This document shows, piece after piece, positions 1-13,401 of a stretch of 64,000 nucleotides of DNA (positions are counted from its first letter, which is position 1; every line of letters starts with the position of its first letter). Position numbers and translations under genes: made by a program. The DNA is from Convolutriloba macropyga (Eukaryota). The DNA is taken from assembly GCF_964194025.1 (NCBI RefSeq), contig NC_134479.1:38936001-39000000 (forward strand), given 5' to 3'. The notes under the pieces are model-generated. The model saw nothing but the letters and a program-made list of their open reading frames with translations. It searched no databases and was not told the origin of the DNA.

Positions 1-426
1 ATACCCTATTGGCTGAAGGGAATTTTTCTTTGGATTCATATGTTTTTGAAATATAAAAAAAAATTAGTAACTTTTTCCAGTTTTCAGTGAAAGTTGTTTT
101 TTTTTCATATTTTCTTATGAAATATGAGATAGGAAATATTTTTCATATTTTTTTTCATATTTTTAGCCTAAAGTTTTTTTCAAAATTCACATGAGTGGTT
201 TATGTAAGTTCTATTTGTTTTGATGAAGTTATTTTGGCAGAGATAGTTTTTTCGGGATCTCAATTTATAACAAAATTTGATCAGATTTTTTATCATATTT
301 TAACAGATTTGATTTTATTGTTTTTACTTTTTTGTTTCATGACTTTGTTTCAAAATAATCATAAATTAGTGAGGGCACGTTTTGTTTGATGAGTAGTTGG
401 ATGGCGTTTAAATGGATTTTCACTTC

Positions 427-1295
427 GAGTCGTTTGCGGAATTCTTCCGGCTATGTTTTTTTTAAGATCTGTTCACACATTTTCATGATTTTTGAAGTCA
501 AATTGGAGTAGTGATTTTTGGTCACGCCGAAACAGGAAGTGGAGCGAAAAGCGAGTGGTTTTGCGGCGTGAAATTTTTTCGCTCTAAATTTAAAGTAGAG
601 TGAGAAAACGGTGTTTGAACAAAAATTCGCTTTCTCGCTAGTGGTTTTTTGTTCACATGCGGCATTTTCGCTTTGATTTTTTCTGTTTTTTCGATTTTTT
701 GGATCGGATTATTTTTCTAAAGGGTTTTTCCAATCCATTCATAGTCCTTTCTAGGTCTAGTTTTTTGTTTAGTCAATGAAAATTCTTTGAATTGTACGTC
801 AGGACTTGTCCTGCTATGTTTTTTTACTTCGTCGAATAAAAAAATGTTTCGCTTTACCTCATTTTGCCGCTTTTTGAACATTTTGCGTGAAGTGTTTTTG
901 ACTTCTCGAGGCTAGTTTCTCTCTTCTCTCATTCTGCTAAAAGTGATTTTGAACATCAGTTGCTCAGCAAAGCAATTCAAAATGAACATAGTCAGTATAA
1001 AAAATTGAAGTCAGAAGTAGAAACGGGATAAACCCATAAAGCCCAATTTTTTTGATGCCCGCTATTTGAACATCGTTCCTATAAGTCTTAGTTACCATCT
1101 CTAATGCTTATTGGTATTGATAGTAGCCCCTGTAGCCTCTCTCTAAGAAACAGAAGTATACAGAAGTATAAGACTTAAAAATGTTTTTGTACAAAAAATC
1201 TTTTTTTCCAAAATCCTCGATTCTTTCAATCCCAATCATGCTTATTGGAATCAACGGTGGCTATTTTCCGGCAATCTGCCGGGTATGTTTTTGTA
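427..1295 (+). repeat. Modular dispersed repeat, copy in the CHD intron (modules B then D)
   Basis: 427-830 is near-identical to 20724-21120. 850-1260 resembles 24865-25230 and 10190-10400. Confidence 0.85.
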
Positions 1296-1429
1296 TGAAG
1301 TAAAATCAGCATAATGAGTGTTAATGTTGAAGATTTCTTTTATAGAAGAGAATCATTCAATTGAGTGACAATGATGAAATTTATACCTACCAAAAAAGAA
1401 ATCGGCTTATTTCATGCTTTTGTATTTAG

Positions 1430-4400
1430 ATTCGAGTACAGTCACGTCAACGATGACATGTATGGACTGTCCGACAGTGACTCAGATGCTAGTGGCTCTG
1501 CTGAGAGTGGTAATGGTAAAACCGAACGAGGCGCTCCTAGGAAGCACAAGAAAAAGGGCGCTGGTAACGCGGACGATAACAGCTCCGATGGTGGTCAAGA
1601 GTTTGTTAGATCCGATCTCTACCAATGCGAGAAGGGTCTGTTAACGTACGGCTGGGGCAATTGGTTGAGAATTATTGAAGGGTGCAAGTTCAGGCGTGAT
1701 ATGACAACAAAGTTAGTCGAAGACTTGTGTCGGTGTATCTTGGCCTATGCATTGCAGTGGTACCAAGGGGATGAGAAGATCCAGCGGTTTATAAGAGAAC
1801 TGATAACTCCTGATAATGACAATATTGAATTCCTAAAATCTCATGCTGCTCAGTCAAGCGTTGCTCCACGAGGTCGGAAATCAGCGCGTGGAAATAAATC
1901 GGATCGATCAAACTCCGAAGCTAAAACGGAAGAGCAAACTCATTGGTCAAACACTGAGAACCTTGAAGCTGTTTTGTGTGATCCAACGTTTCGAAAACAT
2001 GTACGCTATCAATGCAATAAAGTACTAATTCGCGTCAGGACTTTATTTTTCATTCGTCATGAAGTTATTGATGACTTGGCTGAAAAAGTTGATTCAGGTG
2101 TAAATTACAAGGATCTACCATTGCATGTACCGCCGATTGATATAGTGAAACCCTGCGATTGGTGGGACGAAACATGCGACAAATGTTTGTTTATCGGTAT
2201 TTATAAACATGGATACGACCAGTTTACAAAGATCAGAAATGATCCCACGCTTTGCTTTTTATCGATCGTCGGTGAATCGGAAACCGAGATTCAAGATAAC
2301 ACGTTGGATGAAGATGAACTTGAGAATGACCTTGAAAATGCGGAAATGAAACCCGAAGGTCAAATGGACGGCGATGAAAATGAAGCGAAAAAGGACACAG
2401 GACAAGATGGAGAAAGTGATAATGCAACCAGTGTAAAGCAAGAAGTTGAACCGTCGGTAGAAACAGAAAGCACCACAGAAAATGGTGAAATTTCTTCTCA
2501 AGAAGCAGTTTCGAGTGAAACATCTGTGAAGCAAAATGATAACGAAGATTCGAAACCTGAAAATTCTGAAGAGAAAAGTAATGACCAAAATGATGAACAG
2601 GAGGCTACTTATTGGCCACCGACTTCAGCCATAAATAACAGACTTAGAAAGTTAATTGCCGCTCTTCAAAAATTGTCCAAGAAACAGAAACTCATGCTTG
2701 AAAAGCGCAAGAATCGACTTGAAAAACTAGCCATTATCAACGCTACGAAGCCGCCACCTGAAGTGAAAGAAAAATGGGCGAAACGCGAGGAAAATGATTT
2801 CTACAAAACCATATCGACTTTCGGTTTACAATATACACAAGATGGTAACGTTGTTTGGGACAAATTTAGAGTGCTGGCTTCTTTGAACCGTAAGTCAGAT
2901 TCTGCTCTCACGCAATATTGTGACGCTTTCAAGGCTATGTGCGAGAAAGTTTGCAGGATTAAAATTGAACCTCTTGACGAAGTTGATAGCTCAGCTCCTC
3001 AAATCGAACCGATCACCGAAGATCGAGCCCGGAAAACTCTGCACAGAATCGAATTGATGCGGAGAATTAGACTGGATGCAATTTATCATCCGGAATTTGA
3101 GGAGAGGATTAAACTGTGCCAGGCTGCAATGGATATGCCCTCATGGTGGATTCCGGGAGAACATGACCGGGACTTGATGATCGGAGTTGCGAGTCATGGA
3201 ATCCTAAGAAGCGAAGTCAACTTATTGCAAGATCCGACGCTTTGTTTCTTGAATGTCAAAGATGAGATCATGAAAAGCGTGCAACAAAAGCATGATGAAA
3301 AAGTTGCCAAGTTTAAAAGGGATAGAGACACCGAAATTACTGACTCTCAAGCAACGTTGACAACAGTATCAAACTCTACTCATGAAAATCTTGCCACTGA
3401 ACAAAATGTTGAAACTTCGTCAGTTTCAGTAGATAACGAGAAATCGGAAGTTTCGATGTCTAATTCAGACGAACCAAAGATCGACTCAGAGAAGAAAGAG
3501 AATGATGTCGGATCTACAGAAATGAATGAACCTTTGTCTGAAAAGGTCAATCTAACTGAGGAGATCAAAACTGAAATTTCACCAGAAGTGAAAAGTGAAG
3601 TTAAAACTGAAATTGAGCGCGCTCCCTCGCCAGCACCTGTGAACATAACTGATATGCTTGGAGTAGCGTACTTAGTGCAGTGGCCCAAAGATCGGGTTCT
3701 GGTTGCAAGGTTGGAGAAGATTTGTACTTGTATCGAGAACGGAGGATGGCCGAACATGAAATGGAACCAACCTCCCGCTCCGGTTTCATTTGACAAGCAA
3801 GCTGCATTGCAGGAAACGGAAGAGTTCCAGGAACGTCTGGTGGATAAAACTAACCAGCCGAAACAACAGCCCGTTGTCCAGATCATGCCAACTGATGCTA
3901 TTATTGATGGGTTGTCGGCTAACCGAGTTGCCAGTGATGGCTCTACTGTGTGCTCTTTTAACAAACCAGGACGTCGTGGAAAAGCGTCCAATGCAGGTGT
4001 ACATTTGCCGGCAAATATCCGGAAGCAAAGCAATAATGTCAGCGCGACACCGAATCCAATTGCTGATGAGAAAAGTTTGTCAAAACTTAGAGAGCTTTTT
4101 GAGAAGCAAGGTACAGCTATGGAGAATGAATCGCCTTTGCCGCTAAGCGGAGGAGGCATCGGAGGCATTATGGATTTGTCCATGAAAGCAGGTAATTAAG
4201 TCAAATCAAATTTAAAAGTATTTAAGTCAAATAAAATCGTAGTCATTTCGTACAACTTTTTATTCCGAGTACTGGTTTTAAATCTTTACAGAAACTGCTT
4301 ATCTTTCGAACGCAAAATCTTGCCGTGACTAGGAATTATATTTAAAGTCAGAGGAATAAACTCTATTTCTCTCTCTCTCTCTCTAATTTGGGATGTGATG

Positions 4401-6383
4401 GTTTTTTAAGGTTTCCTATCATATATCTGATATTGTGTTAAATGGCTTTGATTTTATATACTTGTATTATTTCTAGGAGCAGGTTCTCTAGGCATAAACG
4501 TTCCGAGTGTGAGCTCCAAGTACGCCAACAGTGAAAGGTCGACACCGGACTCGAGAGCAGAAGATGCGGACATCTCGGATCAGGGATCTGTTATTGCTGG
4601 TGGATCGGAAACCCCAGACCTAAAACGCCGAAGTGTTGGTAGCTCTAAACGCAAAAGGAAGCATGCTTCGATCATTATTGATCCCTCAAAACTTGATGTT
4701 GATAATATTAACGGAACAGAACACGTTGCAGTTGTTGATAGAATATCAGGTGTTAAAATTGAAGGAAGTGATGCTCCGATATTGAACAACGTTGTTGATT
4801 TCTTGTACAAGAACAGCACGTTTGACATTGCTCCTGAGTGGGAGGTTATCGTGAAGGCTCAGAAGAGATTCCCAGCCGATTTAATGAAGCGAGTTGCTGG
4901 TTTGAACCCTGGGGGTAGTCCAGAATCAAAGAAATTGAAGCAAAGTGGAAAGCAGCTGTACTCGCCTGCGAGATCAGTCAGCCAATCAGCTTCGAGCTCG
5001 GTGGCAAATAATCAGAACTCAGGTTCTACCTCATCAACTGCACAATCGGCCAATCTGTCATCCGCCGACCTTCTGTCGCAAGCTGCTTTACTTAGTAGTC
5101 TTTCATCCATGGGTGGGAGCTCAATGAATCCTTTCGGATCCTTGCCGAATCTACCTCCAATCACTCCAGACCTGGCATCGCTTGGGCTCTTCAATCCCAT
5201 GTTATCGATGTTTCCTGCAGGATCTCAGAGTACAACAGACCACAAATCAGCATCGTCAATTGCTGCAGCAGCAGCCCAAAGTGCTGCTTTGAATTATCAA
5301 TTGGCAAGTCTAGCGGCGGTATCGTTAAACCCGCTGCTTGCTCAGTCACTGAACCCGTTTTCATCGATTCCCGGTTTAAACCCGTTCGGAGGAGCAGCTT
5401 CAGGTCAAGACGCTTCAGCAGCGCAGTTGGCTGGCCTGTCGGCATTGCTAAGTGGAAGCTTGCCTCCAGGCATGAGTCCCGATTCTCTTCTTGGATCCCT
5501 GTCTCAACCTGTCAGTACTGCCAGTGCTACACCAGCACCTGTCGAGAATACATCATCAAAGCTTTCCGCAAGCAGTAGTGGATCTGGAAATAAATCAAAC
5601 AGTCAAATGTCTCCAAAAGCTGTAAATACTGCTTCAGACCTCCATTCCCCAAAGTCGCCTGTTGCAAGCGGTTCTGCATCGCCAGGGAACTCTAAAGTTG
5701 CGACCCCGCCATCGACACCTGCTAAATCTGGTACCCTCATAGGAACTGGAACTAGCGGAAGTTCTAGTTCAAATTCAAAGTCACAGCGTTCCTCTCCACC
5801 AGCAGCAATTTCTAATTCTGCGACACCCGCAACAGCAGCATCGCCAGTCAATCCTGTAGCATCAAATTTGCTTCCTAACATTCCGCAATTATCTCCAAAT
5901 GACCTCTTGACCGCTGCATCACTTGGATCGCTTCCTTTTATGATGCCACCATCGGTTCCGTTTCTTCCTTCAAGTCAGTCTTCGACCAGCTCAAGTTCAT
6001 CTTTAAACAGCGCGGCTGCTATTCCAGGCTTCGACCTATCGGCTGCAGGGTTGGAAGCTGCTCAATTGGCAGCTTTAGCCAGTTTATGTGCCGGTGGAGG
6101 TATTCCAGGAGCAACTGCGACGGGTGTGGATTTGCAACCCACAAACGCCCTGTTTGGAGGATCGGCACCGTTGTATCCCAACTCGGACTTGTCGAGGTTA
6201 TCAGGCGTCCAGAGCGATTCCTTCATGAATGAACAAAACGCTTTGTTGGCAAGAATGCAAAAAGAACTGGCTGATCATTTGGCAGGCACTAGCAGTGAAA
6301 CGAGCAACGTTTCTAGTTCTCAAATGAAGGACACGTCAATGAGTAATGCTGATACAAAATCGAAAAATCCGAAATCAAATTGA
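1430..6383 (+). CDS. CHD7: CHD7/8/9 (kismet-like) chromodomain-helicase, 3' part only; exons 1430-4191 and 4477-6383 (upstream exons are outside the window)
   Basis: CHD6-9 C-terminal motifs EKGLLTYGWGNW, WWDETCDKCLFIGIYKHGY..IRNDPTLCF, SANT-like KWAKREENDFYKTISTFG and WPKDRVLVARLEKIC. BRK domain INGTEHVAVVDRISGVKIEGSDAP..FDIAPEW. Acceptor tttag|A at 1429/1430. GT-AG intron 4192-4476 joins the two long ORFs in frame (G|GA). The paralogue (CHD6/7/8/9) cannot be resolved. Confidence 0.9.
4368..4384 (+). repeat. (CT)n microsatellite in the CHD intron
   Basis: Seen directly in the sequence. Confidence 0.8.
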
Positions 6384-7659
6384 TTTCACGATTGATTTGC
6401 AATTATAAGTTGGCATTTTTTTCGTAAACATCTAACCGATATCGCCGAGTGCTTGGTGAATATTGATGTCTCTCATCATAATGTATTCGTTGTGTTGATC
6501 TATCCTGGCTCTGGTCTCAAATCTATCAAATATTGTTGTACAAATGTGGAACTGTTATCCTTGGAAACTTGAAAAAACTTTCTTTCCACTAACTAAAAAT
6601 TGGAATTACATAAAATAGTATTTTCTTTTTAAAAAATAATAAACTAGACAACTTTGATATTGGGATGGCATATATGATAGTTTCAGTTTATAAGCTCTAA
6701 CAGTTAAAGGTTCTTTCAGATACAATTGGTCGTTTTCAAAGGAAACAGTTCCGTCTATTTTATTATTGTCAGTTTTTCATTTCACCTCATTTAAACGTAG
6801 CTTTGGTAAGTTGCTCACTAAGCTGCCAAGTTTCTACCAGGCAACCCAAAGATTCAGAAAAACTTGATTTTATCATAACTGAAAGTGCAGTATTCCATCA
6901 ATTTAAAAAATACATAATGAGTTTGTTTTGAAAGTGATATTTGTTAAGGAGGAAATTTGGCAGCTTATTGAACGGTACCTTTAGAAGATTTACTATTTGT
7001 GCTTTTTTTATTTGTATCAATTATAATAGATTTAGTTGTTCTGTACTGATTCTTCCATATTGGTGTGCTATATTAACCTAGTGTATAGTATCATCATCCA
7101 TGTTTTTAACCACCCCTATTCAATAAACAAAAATCATTCAATCCTACCTTTCTGATAATAAATATTCAGCAAATTGCTCAAACTAATTGATATATAGCTA
7201 ATTTATCCTTTTTGACATAATTAGTATTGCAGCCAAATTCTTAACATTCAATGTCTTTAATAGATTTCAAATGACACCCCGATTGATGCTTATTTGTATC
7301 TTTTTTCTTAAATTCAGTGTGCATAATTTGATAATTTTCCTTTCTTTTATCCCCTTTGTCGTCTTAATAATTGTATTACTATTTATGATTTGTTGTTTCT
7401 TCACCTTAGTGCAATTTGTATCATTAGTGCAATGCAGCCACCTTTCAAATTATCAGTGTAATTAATAGATTTTCTGCTATTTACAAAGTTTTCAGTTCAA
7501 TCAGTAGGGAAAGCGTCGGCTCATATATATTGAAGTTGTGGGTCGTTCCCATTATAGCCTCCCCTCTCCCAAATCACTAACATAATGGGGGGGCGTATTT
7601 TCCGTGAAGGACAAATGGGAAAGACCCACATTTATTTACGCAAATATTTTTTATGAAAT

Positions 7660-10430
7660 TCTTATTAATAGCCGCCGTCAGCCTCTCAACGGCTTTTATT
7701 TAGGCGCTCTCCATTTTACAATCCAAAGGACTTCGATTGTATTGGCGTGAAGATCTGTTCACGCTTTTTTCGGCTTTGTTACGTCTGTGAGAAGTCAAAT
7801 TAGAATTGTGCTTTTAGCCACGCTGAAGTACTAAAGGGAGCGAAATTTAGAGTAGGTTTAAGGCGTGACTTTCTTCAAACTACCTTTAAAGTGGAGCCAA
7901 AAATTGGTGTGAATAAATTTTCGGTTTTCGCGAGGGAGTTTTTTTCACGTGCAACAATTTTTTCTTTTCTGTTTTCAGAGTTGATTTTCCGTTTTCAGTG
8001 CTTTTAGTATAATACACATGTGTTATAATTGCGCCTAGTTAAAATTGCTAGAATGCATCAAGGGGTAGCTGAAATCTTTTACGACCTCAACACTTTTTTG
8101 TCAAACAACATTAAAAGAATATTTGATTTTGCCCATTTTCAAAAATTTTTTTGCGTTCTTATCTATTAGTATCATCAATGACAGGTCTCATTGGTTGATG
8201 ATGAGGCGCAAAAGAAACTAATTAATGGTCCGAGCTGATAGCCTATTAGTTTTCATGACTTTGACAATACTTTTTCTCAACAATTTTGTTAATTTATGAG
8301 TTTTTGTTGTACTTTTTTAATTTTGTTGTCCTATCATTTATTCTCATTAATAAACTGTCTCAAGGCTGCTAATGGGGTTATTTTTCTCAGTTTAATGGTC
8401 TCTGTTCAAATCTGATGGCTTCTATGACTCTGATATCAGTTGTTTTCAAGGAATATTATAGAATTTTTGAGTTTTGCTGCTACCTTTATTATCTTATATC
8501 CTTGTCTCAATATTGACAGTTTTCCTTGTTTTCTAAAAAGCTTCTCTTTTTGTTAAAATACTTTTCAATTCATAGCTATTTTTTTTTATTTATACACTTC
8601 CCCTTTTTTTGAAAAAAAACTTTTTTTGGATTTTTAATTTTTGCAAGTTTTATTTTGACCGTGCCTTTAAAAATAGATAGGATGTTTTTAGTCTTGCTTG
8701 TTTTGTTCTTTTCGTAAAATTGCTTAATCTCAATGGTGTCAAACTATTTGTTCTCATTGGAAATCTAACAAGGCTTTTTTGGCAGGTCAAAGCTAAGTCA
8801 ATTCTTTGGATTGTAATTCAGGACTTTTCCAGCTATGTTTGCTTAATTCACTTTACTTTTCGATTACGCTTTTCGTTTTACATAAGTGACGATTTTCACG
8901 CTTGACTTCTGACTTACCTCCCTCTGTTTAAACTGAATGGATTTTAAGTTTTTTCGCGCATTGAATTACACAGTGTAGAAAATACGGTCAAAGTGAAAAG
9001 AGAAAAATCAATAGATCAAAAATAGGTTAAGCATATAAAGCACGGTCGTGAAGTCATAGTGCATTAGGTTATCAAAGTTGAATAAAGCGATTGCTAGCTG
9101 GCATTAGTATTTTTAATTGCTCTTGAGAGAAGTTCATAGCGATTATTGTAAACGTGTCTTTTCTATGCAAAATTTTCGCTTGACAATTTTGACTTTTCGC
9201 GTGACTTTTACGCCCTTAACTTTTTGCGTTTCGCGTGATCTAAAATTCTCTCTCAATCACAATTTGAAGCAGCTGAACTCAATTGGCGGCAATTTAATTC
9301 TAAATGTCAAATAAAAAGTGCGGCGAAACTGGTGCCATTTTTACTTCATATCTTAATAGTGCTGTATGTTAACCTCTGTGGTTATTTAAAGCGCACCATT
9401 GAACTTCTTAGTCTCATTTAGGCTCCCCTCCCTCCTCCTCCCCGCCCCCGACTGAAGCAGGCTGTAATTGATTAGAGCTCCCGCTAGTCGTTCGAGAGCA
9501 ATTCTTCCGACGTTTAGTCGGTTATGTTTCTTAATAGTCGTTCGGAAGCTGATTTAAGTGTAATTTTTGAATCTAACCGAATATGCAGAATTTGCTCACC
9601 AAATAAAAAAATTTTGACACTTCTGTGACTTCTGTTCTTGAACAAATTGGTTTTGGAATATTGATAAAAAAAAACTATTTTGATTCCTTTTACTTCAAAT
9701 TATTTTTCCAAAAATACATTGAGATTTATCTTCTATTGCTCGCTAGCAAAGGAAACTCAGGTTGATTTCCCCTTCTGTATTCAATTATGAGTAATTTGCT
9801 ATTGTAGGATTAATTTGGCTGGATCTACTCGTACTTCCGTGCAGTACAGATCGCTTGAAAATTTGAAGTTCTCAGTCACATTAACTTGTTCGGTCGATGT
9901 ATTGAACAATTAAGTTCTGATTTTCTGTCAGCGTTTATTTTGTTAGTTCGATTTGTGAACTTGTCTGAGCCAGAAGTTAAAGAAGTCTTGTCGATTTTTC
10001 AGTTGCTGTAAAATAGAAGCTTCAGTTTCGAAGCGGGCTATTATTGCGTTCTTTATAGTTTTTGAGAAGTCGTTGCATTGAATTAGTGGTCGGTTTCCCG
10101 GTCTGTGAAGACTATTGACTTCTCTGGGCTAGTTTGATTTTTCTCTCAATTCGCTGAGAGTACTTTCAGCGCAGTCTTTCTGCGGAAATGAAATCAAAGT
10201 GGAAAACGAAATCAGAACGACTGATGGGTAAACAACCCATAAAACCCAGATGTAGATACACGATTCGCTTTACCATTTTTTCTTTACCCAGTCTATGCTA
10301 ATTCGTATTTGTAAAAAGCCTTTTATCCTCCCATTGTAGGAAAACATTCAATCTCATTTTTTGTTTGATTCAATTGCTCTGAAGGTCATTGGAATCAATT
10401 GCAGCTATCGTCCAGCAATGTGTGATTTTT
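7660..10430 (+). repeat. Diverged modular repeat copies between CHD and Chk1
   Basis: 7666-7960 resembles 19716-20050 and 466-660. 9115-9190 resembles 23398-23472. 9480-9530 resembles 24060-24110. 10190-10430 resembles 1010-1290. Confidence 0.65.
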
Positions 10431-10856
10431 GATTTTTTCAACATTTGATGGACTTTATTGATTGATATTTCGAAAAACTTTGTTTCAAGCCTCTGAGTTT
10501 TCATTTGAGGAAGCGTGTAACGTCATTTTTGTCCATCGAAGATTTTGTTCTTGTGATTATTTCTGATCTTGTGACTTTTGGCACCGTCAAATTAGTTTTT
10601 TTTTATTGTCTGAATTGAAGCTATTACAAGGAAACTCTTAGAAGAACTACTTTAAGGATTTGGAAAGTCAAGGCTGTCAGCTTTTTGTTCAACCTGAGAT
10701 TTATAACAGAAATCTGCATTAAATTTAAGTATTTTCTGATTATTGGAATTTTATGAGAAATTAGTCATCAATCTTTTGCCGAACTGTCTTAAAGAATTTA
10801 TAAGCTCGGATATGTTTTGATGAAGTTTAACGGATTCTCTGTCTTTGCAGATATTT

Positions 10857-12877
10857 ATGAATGATTCAAACGTAGAGAACCGGAACCCTGGTCCCACGCT
10901 GTCCGAAAGTGGGGCCACTATACCGAATCAAATCGGTCACAATGTGTTCACAACAACAGAGACTAAACCTTTGGCACAGAATCACGCTGATAATGAGCTC
11001 AGAATGCAAGATTTGTCTTTGGAACAACAACCTGAAAAATCCAAGGAGTTTATCAAAGGATGGGAACTCGTAGACGTTCTGGGTAATTTTTTGATGATTG
11101 CGGGTTTTTGCATCGGAGGCATCTTTTTTATTAGAGGCAAGATTTTTGCAAGATGGGGTCTCGTTATCAGCTCTCAGCTATTAAGCTTCAAAATTTATCT
11201 GTCAAAACTGGCAAAAGCTTAGAAACCTTTGAGGCAAAAACTGGATGTTTCCTCTCAGAACAGAATGTTCTCTCCCAGAACAGATTCTCCTGAACGTTTT
11301 TGGTGTAATATTTGTTTGTGCAATGTACGGTTAGCTAGTTTTAGCTACTATTTGTTCGGATCGCACCTGGTGGGGTAGTAATTATGCCCAACTGTTCTTG
11401 TTAATAATGAGAAAAATCATGAATGTATATTATTGATAGTCAAATACGAGTTTGTTAGTTTTTTTGAAAAATTTTAGGGGAGGGTGCTTATGGAGAAGTG
11501 CATCTTGCCATAAACAAAGAAAACAACATCTACGTAGCAGTTAAAGTTGTTGCATTGTCAGACCAAAACAGAGAGTTAATTCGGAAAGAGACAGGAATTC
11601 ACAAACTTGTTCAACATAAAAACGTGATCAAATATTTCGGTGACCGACCCACGTCTGATGGCCATCAAATGTATATTTTCTTAGAATATGCAGAAAACGG
11701 AGAACTTTTCGATCGAATCGAGCCGGATATTGGAATGCCCAGAAAAGAGGCCTTCAAATATTTCACACAATTACTGGATGGTGTTGAATATTTACATAGC
11801 AAAGGTATTGTACATAGAGATTTGAAACCTGAAAATTTGCTTCTAGATAAAGATTGCAATTTGAGAATTTCTGATTTCGGGTTGGCGACTTTGTTTAAAA
11901 TGAAGGGTAAAGAACGAAAGTTGAATACTCGATGCGGAACTCCGGCTTATCTGGCGCCTGAAATTTTGTCAGGCGGCTATTTTTATGCTGAGCCGATTGA
12001 TGTATGGTCTTGTGGAATCGTTCTGTCGGCCATGATGACAGGCGAGCTTCCGTGGGACGAACCGACTCTAAATTGTCAAGAATTCAAGCTGTGGTCGGAA
12101 AAGAAGTATTATAACACACCTTGGCCTAAAATTGACACAATTGCTTTAGGGTTCTTTCTGAAAATTCTTCATTTGAAACAAGCTGAAAGGCTGACCATAC
12201 CAAATATAAGAAAAGAAACTTGGTATGTTCGACAAACTCAAGCTGCAAAGGCGTCTAGAAAACGACAATTTTCACCCGGGTCATCGCCCATTGCACACTC
12301 GCCTAGTAGACCTTTTAAAATGGCCTGCAATCGAATTGAAAATTCGCCTTGTAGGAGTCCATTGCCGGACTTTAGCCATGGTATGGCTCAAAGCCAGCCG
12401 AATATTTCCAGCCCTATCAGAACCCCAGGAAAGGTTTCCCTCGCTAGTGGAGGAGCATCGCCTGAGCTGACACGATCCACAAAAGACTTTATCATGAGCC
12501 AGCCGAATGATTTGGGTGCAATATCAGTTACACAAACAGGCCCTGGATCGCAGAAATTCAAAAAAGTAAACCGAATGACCAGATTTTTCACAAAGGGCAG
12601 CCAGTCTGAAACTCTGAACCTAATCAAACGGTACCTCGAACATAACGGCATATCTTACAAGTTCGAAGTTAATTTAATCACGGCTTCTGTTATGGATTCG
12701 AGATCTAATAGATTAGTGTGGAAAATTGCAGCTATTGGTACTGGCGAGAAAGATTTGAACTTGGTGGACGTTCGAATGTCAAAGGGGTGCGGAATTGAGT
12801 TCAAAAAGCAGTTTATCAAGATGAAGAATAAACTGGTTGATATGATAGTGGATTTACCCCTAACTTATATGCTGTAG
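10857..12877 (+). CDS. CHEK1: Checkpoint kinase 1; exons 10857-11082 and 11478-12877 (541 aa)
   Basis: Splicing GT-AG intron 11083-11477 restores WELVDVLG|EGAYGEV. Kinase motifs HRDLKPENLL, DFG and CGTPAYLAPE. SQ/TQ cluster (AQSQP, IMSQP, TQTGPGSQ). Chk1 C-terminal motifs RMTRFF and RMSKGCGIEFKKQF. Confidence 0.95.
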
Positions 12878-13070
12878 ACGATATTCTTTAATTTCAACGA
12901 ACAGAACCATAATCGATACAAGAATTATTGGCTGTTATATTAGTAACTTTTTGGGATCTAAAGTAGGGATCAGGAAATGCGAAACGAAGAACCTCATTTT
13001 AGAAAAAGTTTAATGTGTTTTGTCTATCAGATTTTGATAATTGTTGATTGTTTATTGTGTCAATGTTGCA

Positions 13071-13096
13071 ATTAAACTTTTTTTCATTGCATTAAA
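13071..13096 (+). terminator. Candidate Chk1 polyadenylation signals
   Basis: ATTAAA at 13071 and 13091, followed by T/GT-rich sequence, ~200 nt after the stop codon. Confidence 0.4.
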
Positions 13097-13401
13097 AATG
13101 CTTGGTGCCGAGTTTTAAATTTTTAAGTTTTTGTTCTGTGAACGCTCCAAAGTTGTGCTATTGTGTTCTATTTTTTTGGTTCATTTAAAATTTGAGATAT
13201 GATTTTTATATACTGCTTTGAGTGTTATCTGCAGTTTCATCAACTGTTAAGTTCCAGAATTTGTTAAATTGAGATTATTATAGCAAGGATTTACATCAAG
13301 TTCGAGTTGAATTTTAACGTTTCTTTCAGTAAATTGTGCAGAGGAAAAATGTTGGTCATCCGTTTGCTGTGGGCTAGCTGTTTCAAGTTTTAGATTTAGT
13401 A

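Noticed and set aside
1365-1429. ORF-track N-terminus of CHD (MTMMKF...)
   Set aside because: It is intronic sequence upstream of the acceptor at 1429; the chromo and helicase exons lie before the window.
3380-4183. 267-aa antisense ORF, and other ORFs overlapping CHD and Chk1
   Set aside because: These are shadow ORFs of real coding exons with no motifs of their own.
8171-8243. Possible C/D snoRNA (ATGATGA...CTGA) and hairpin
   Set aside because: It is only ~45 nt box to box, I could not identify a guide target, and such motifs are common in AT-rich DNA.
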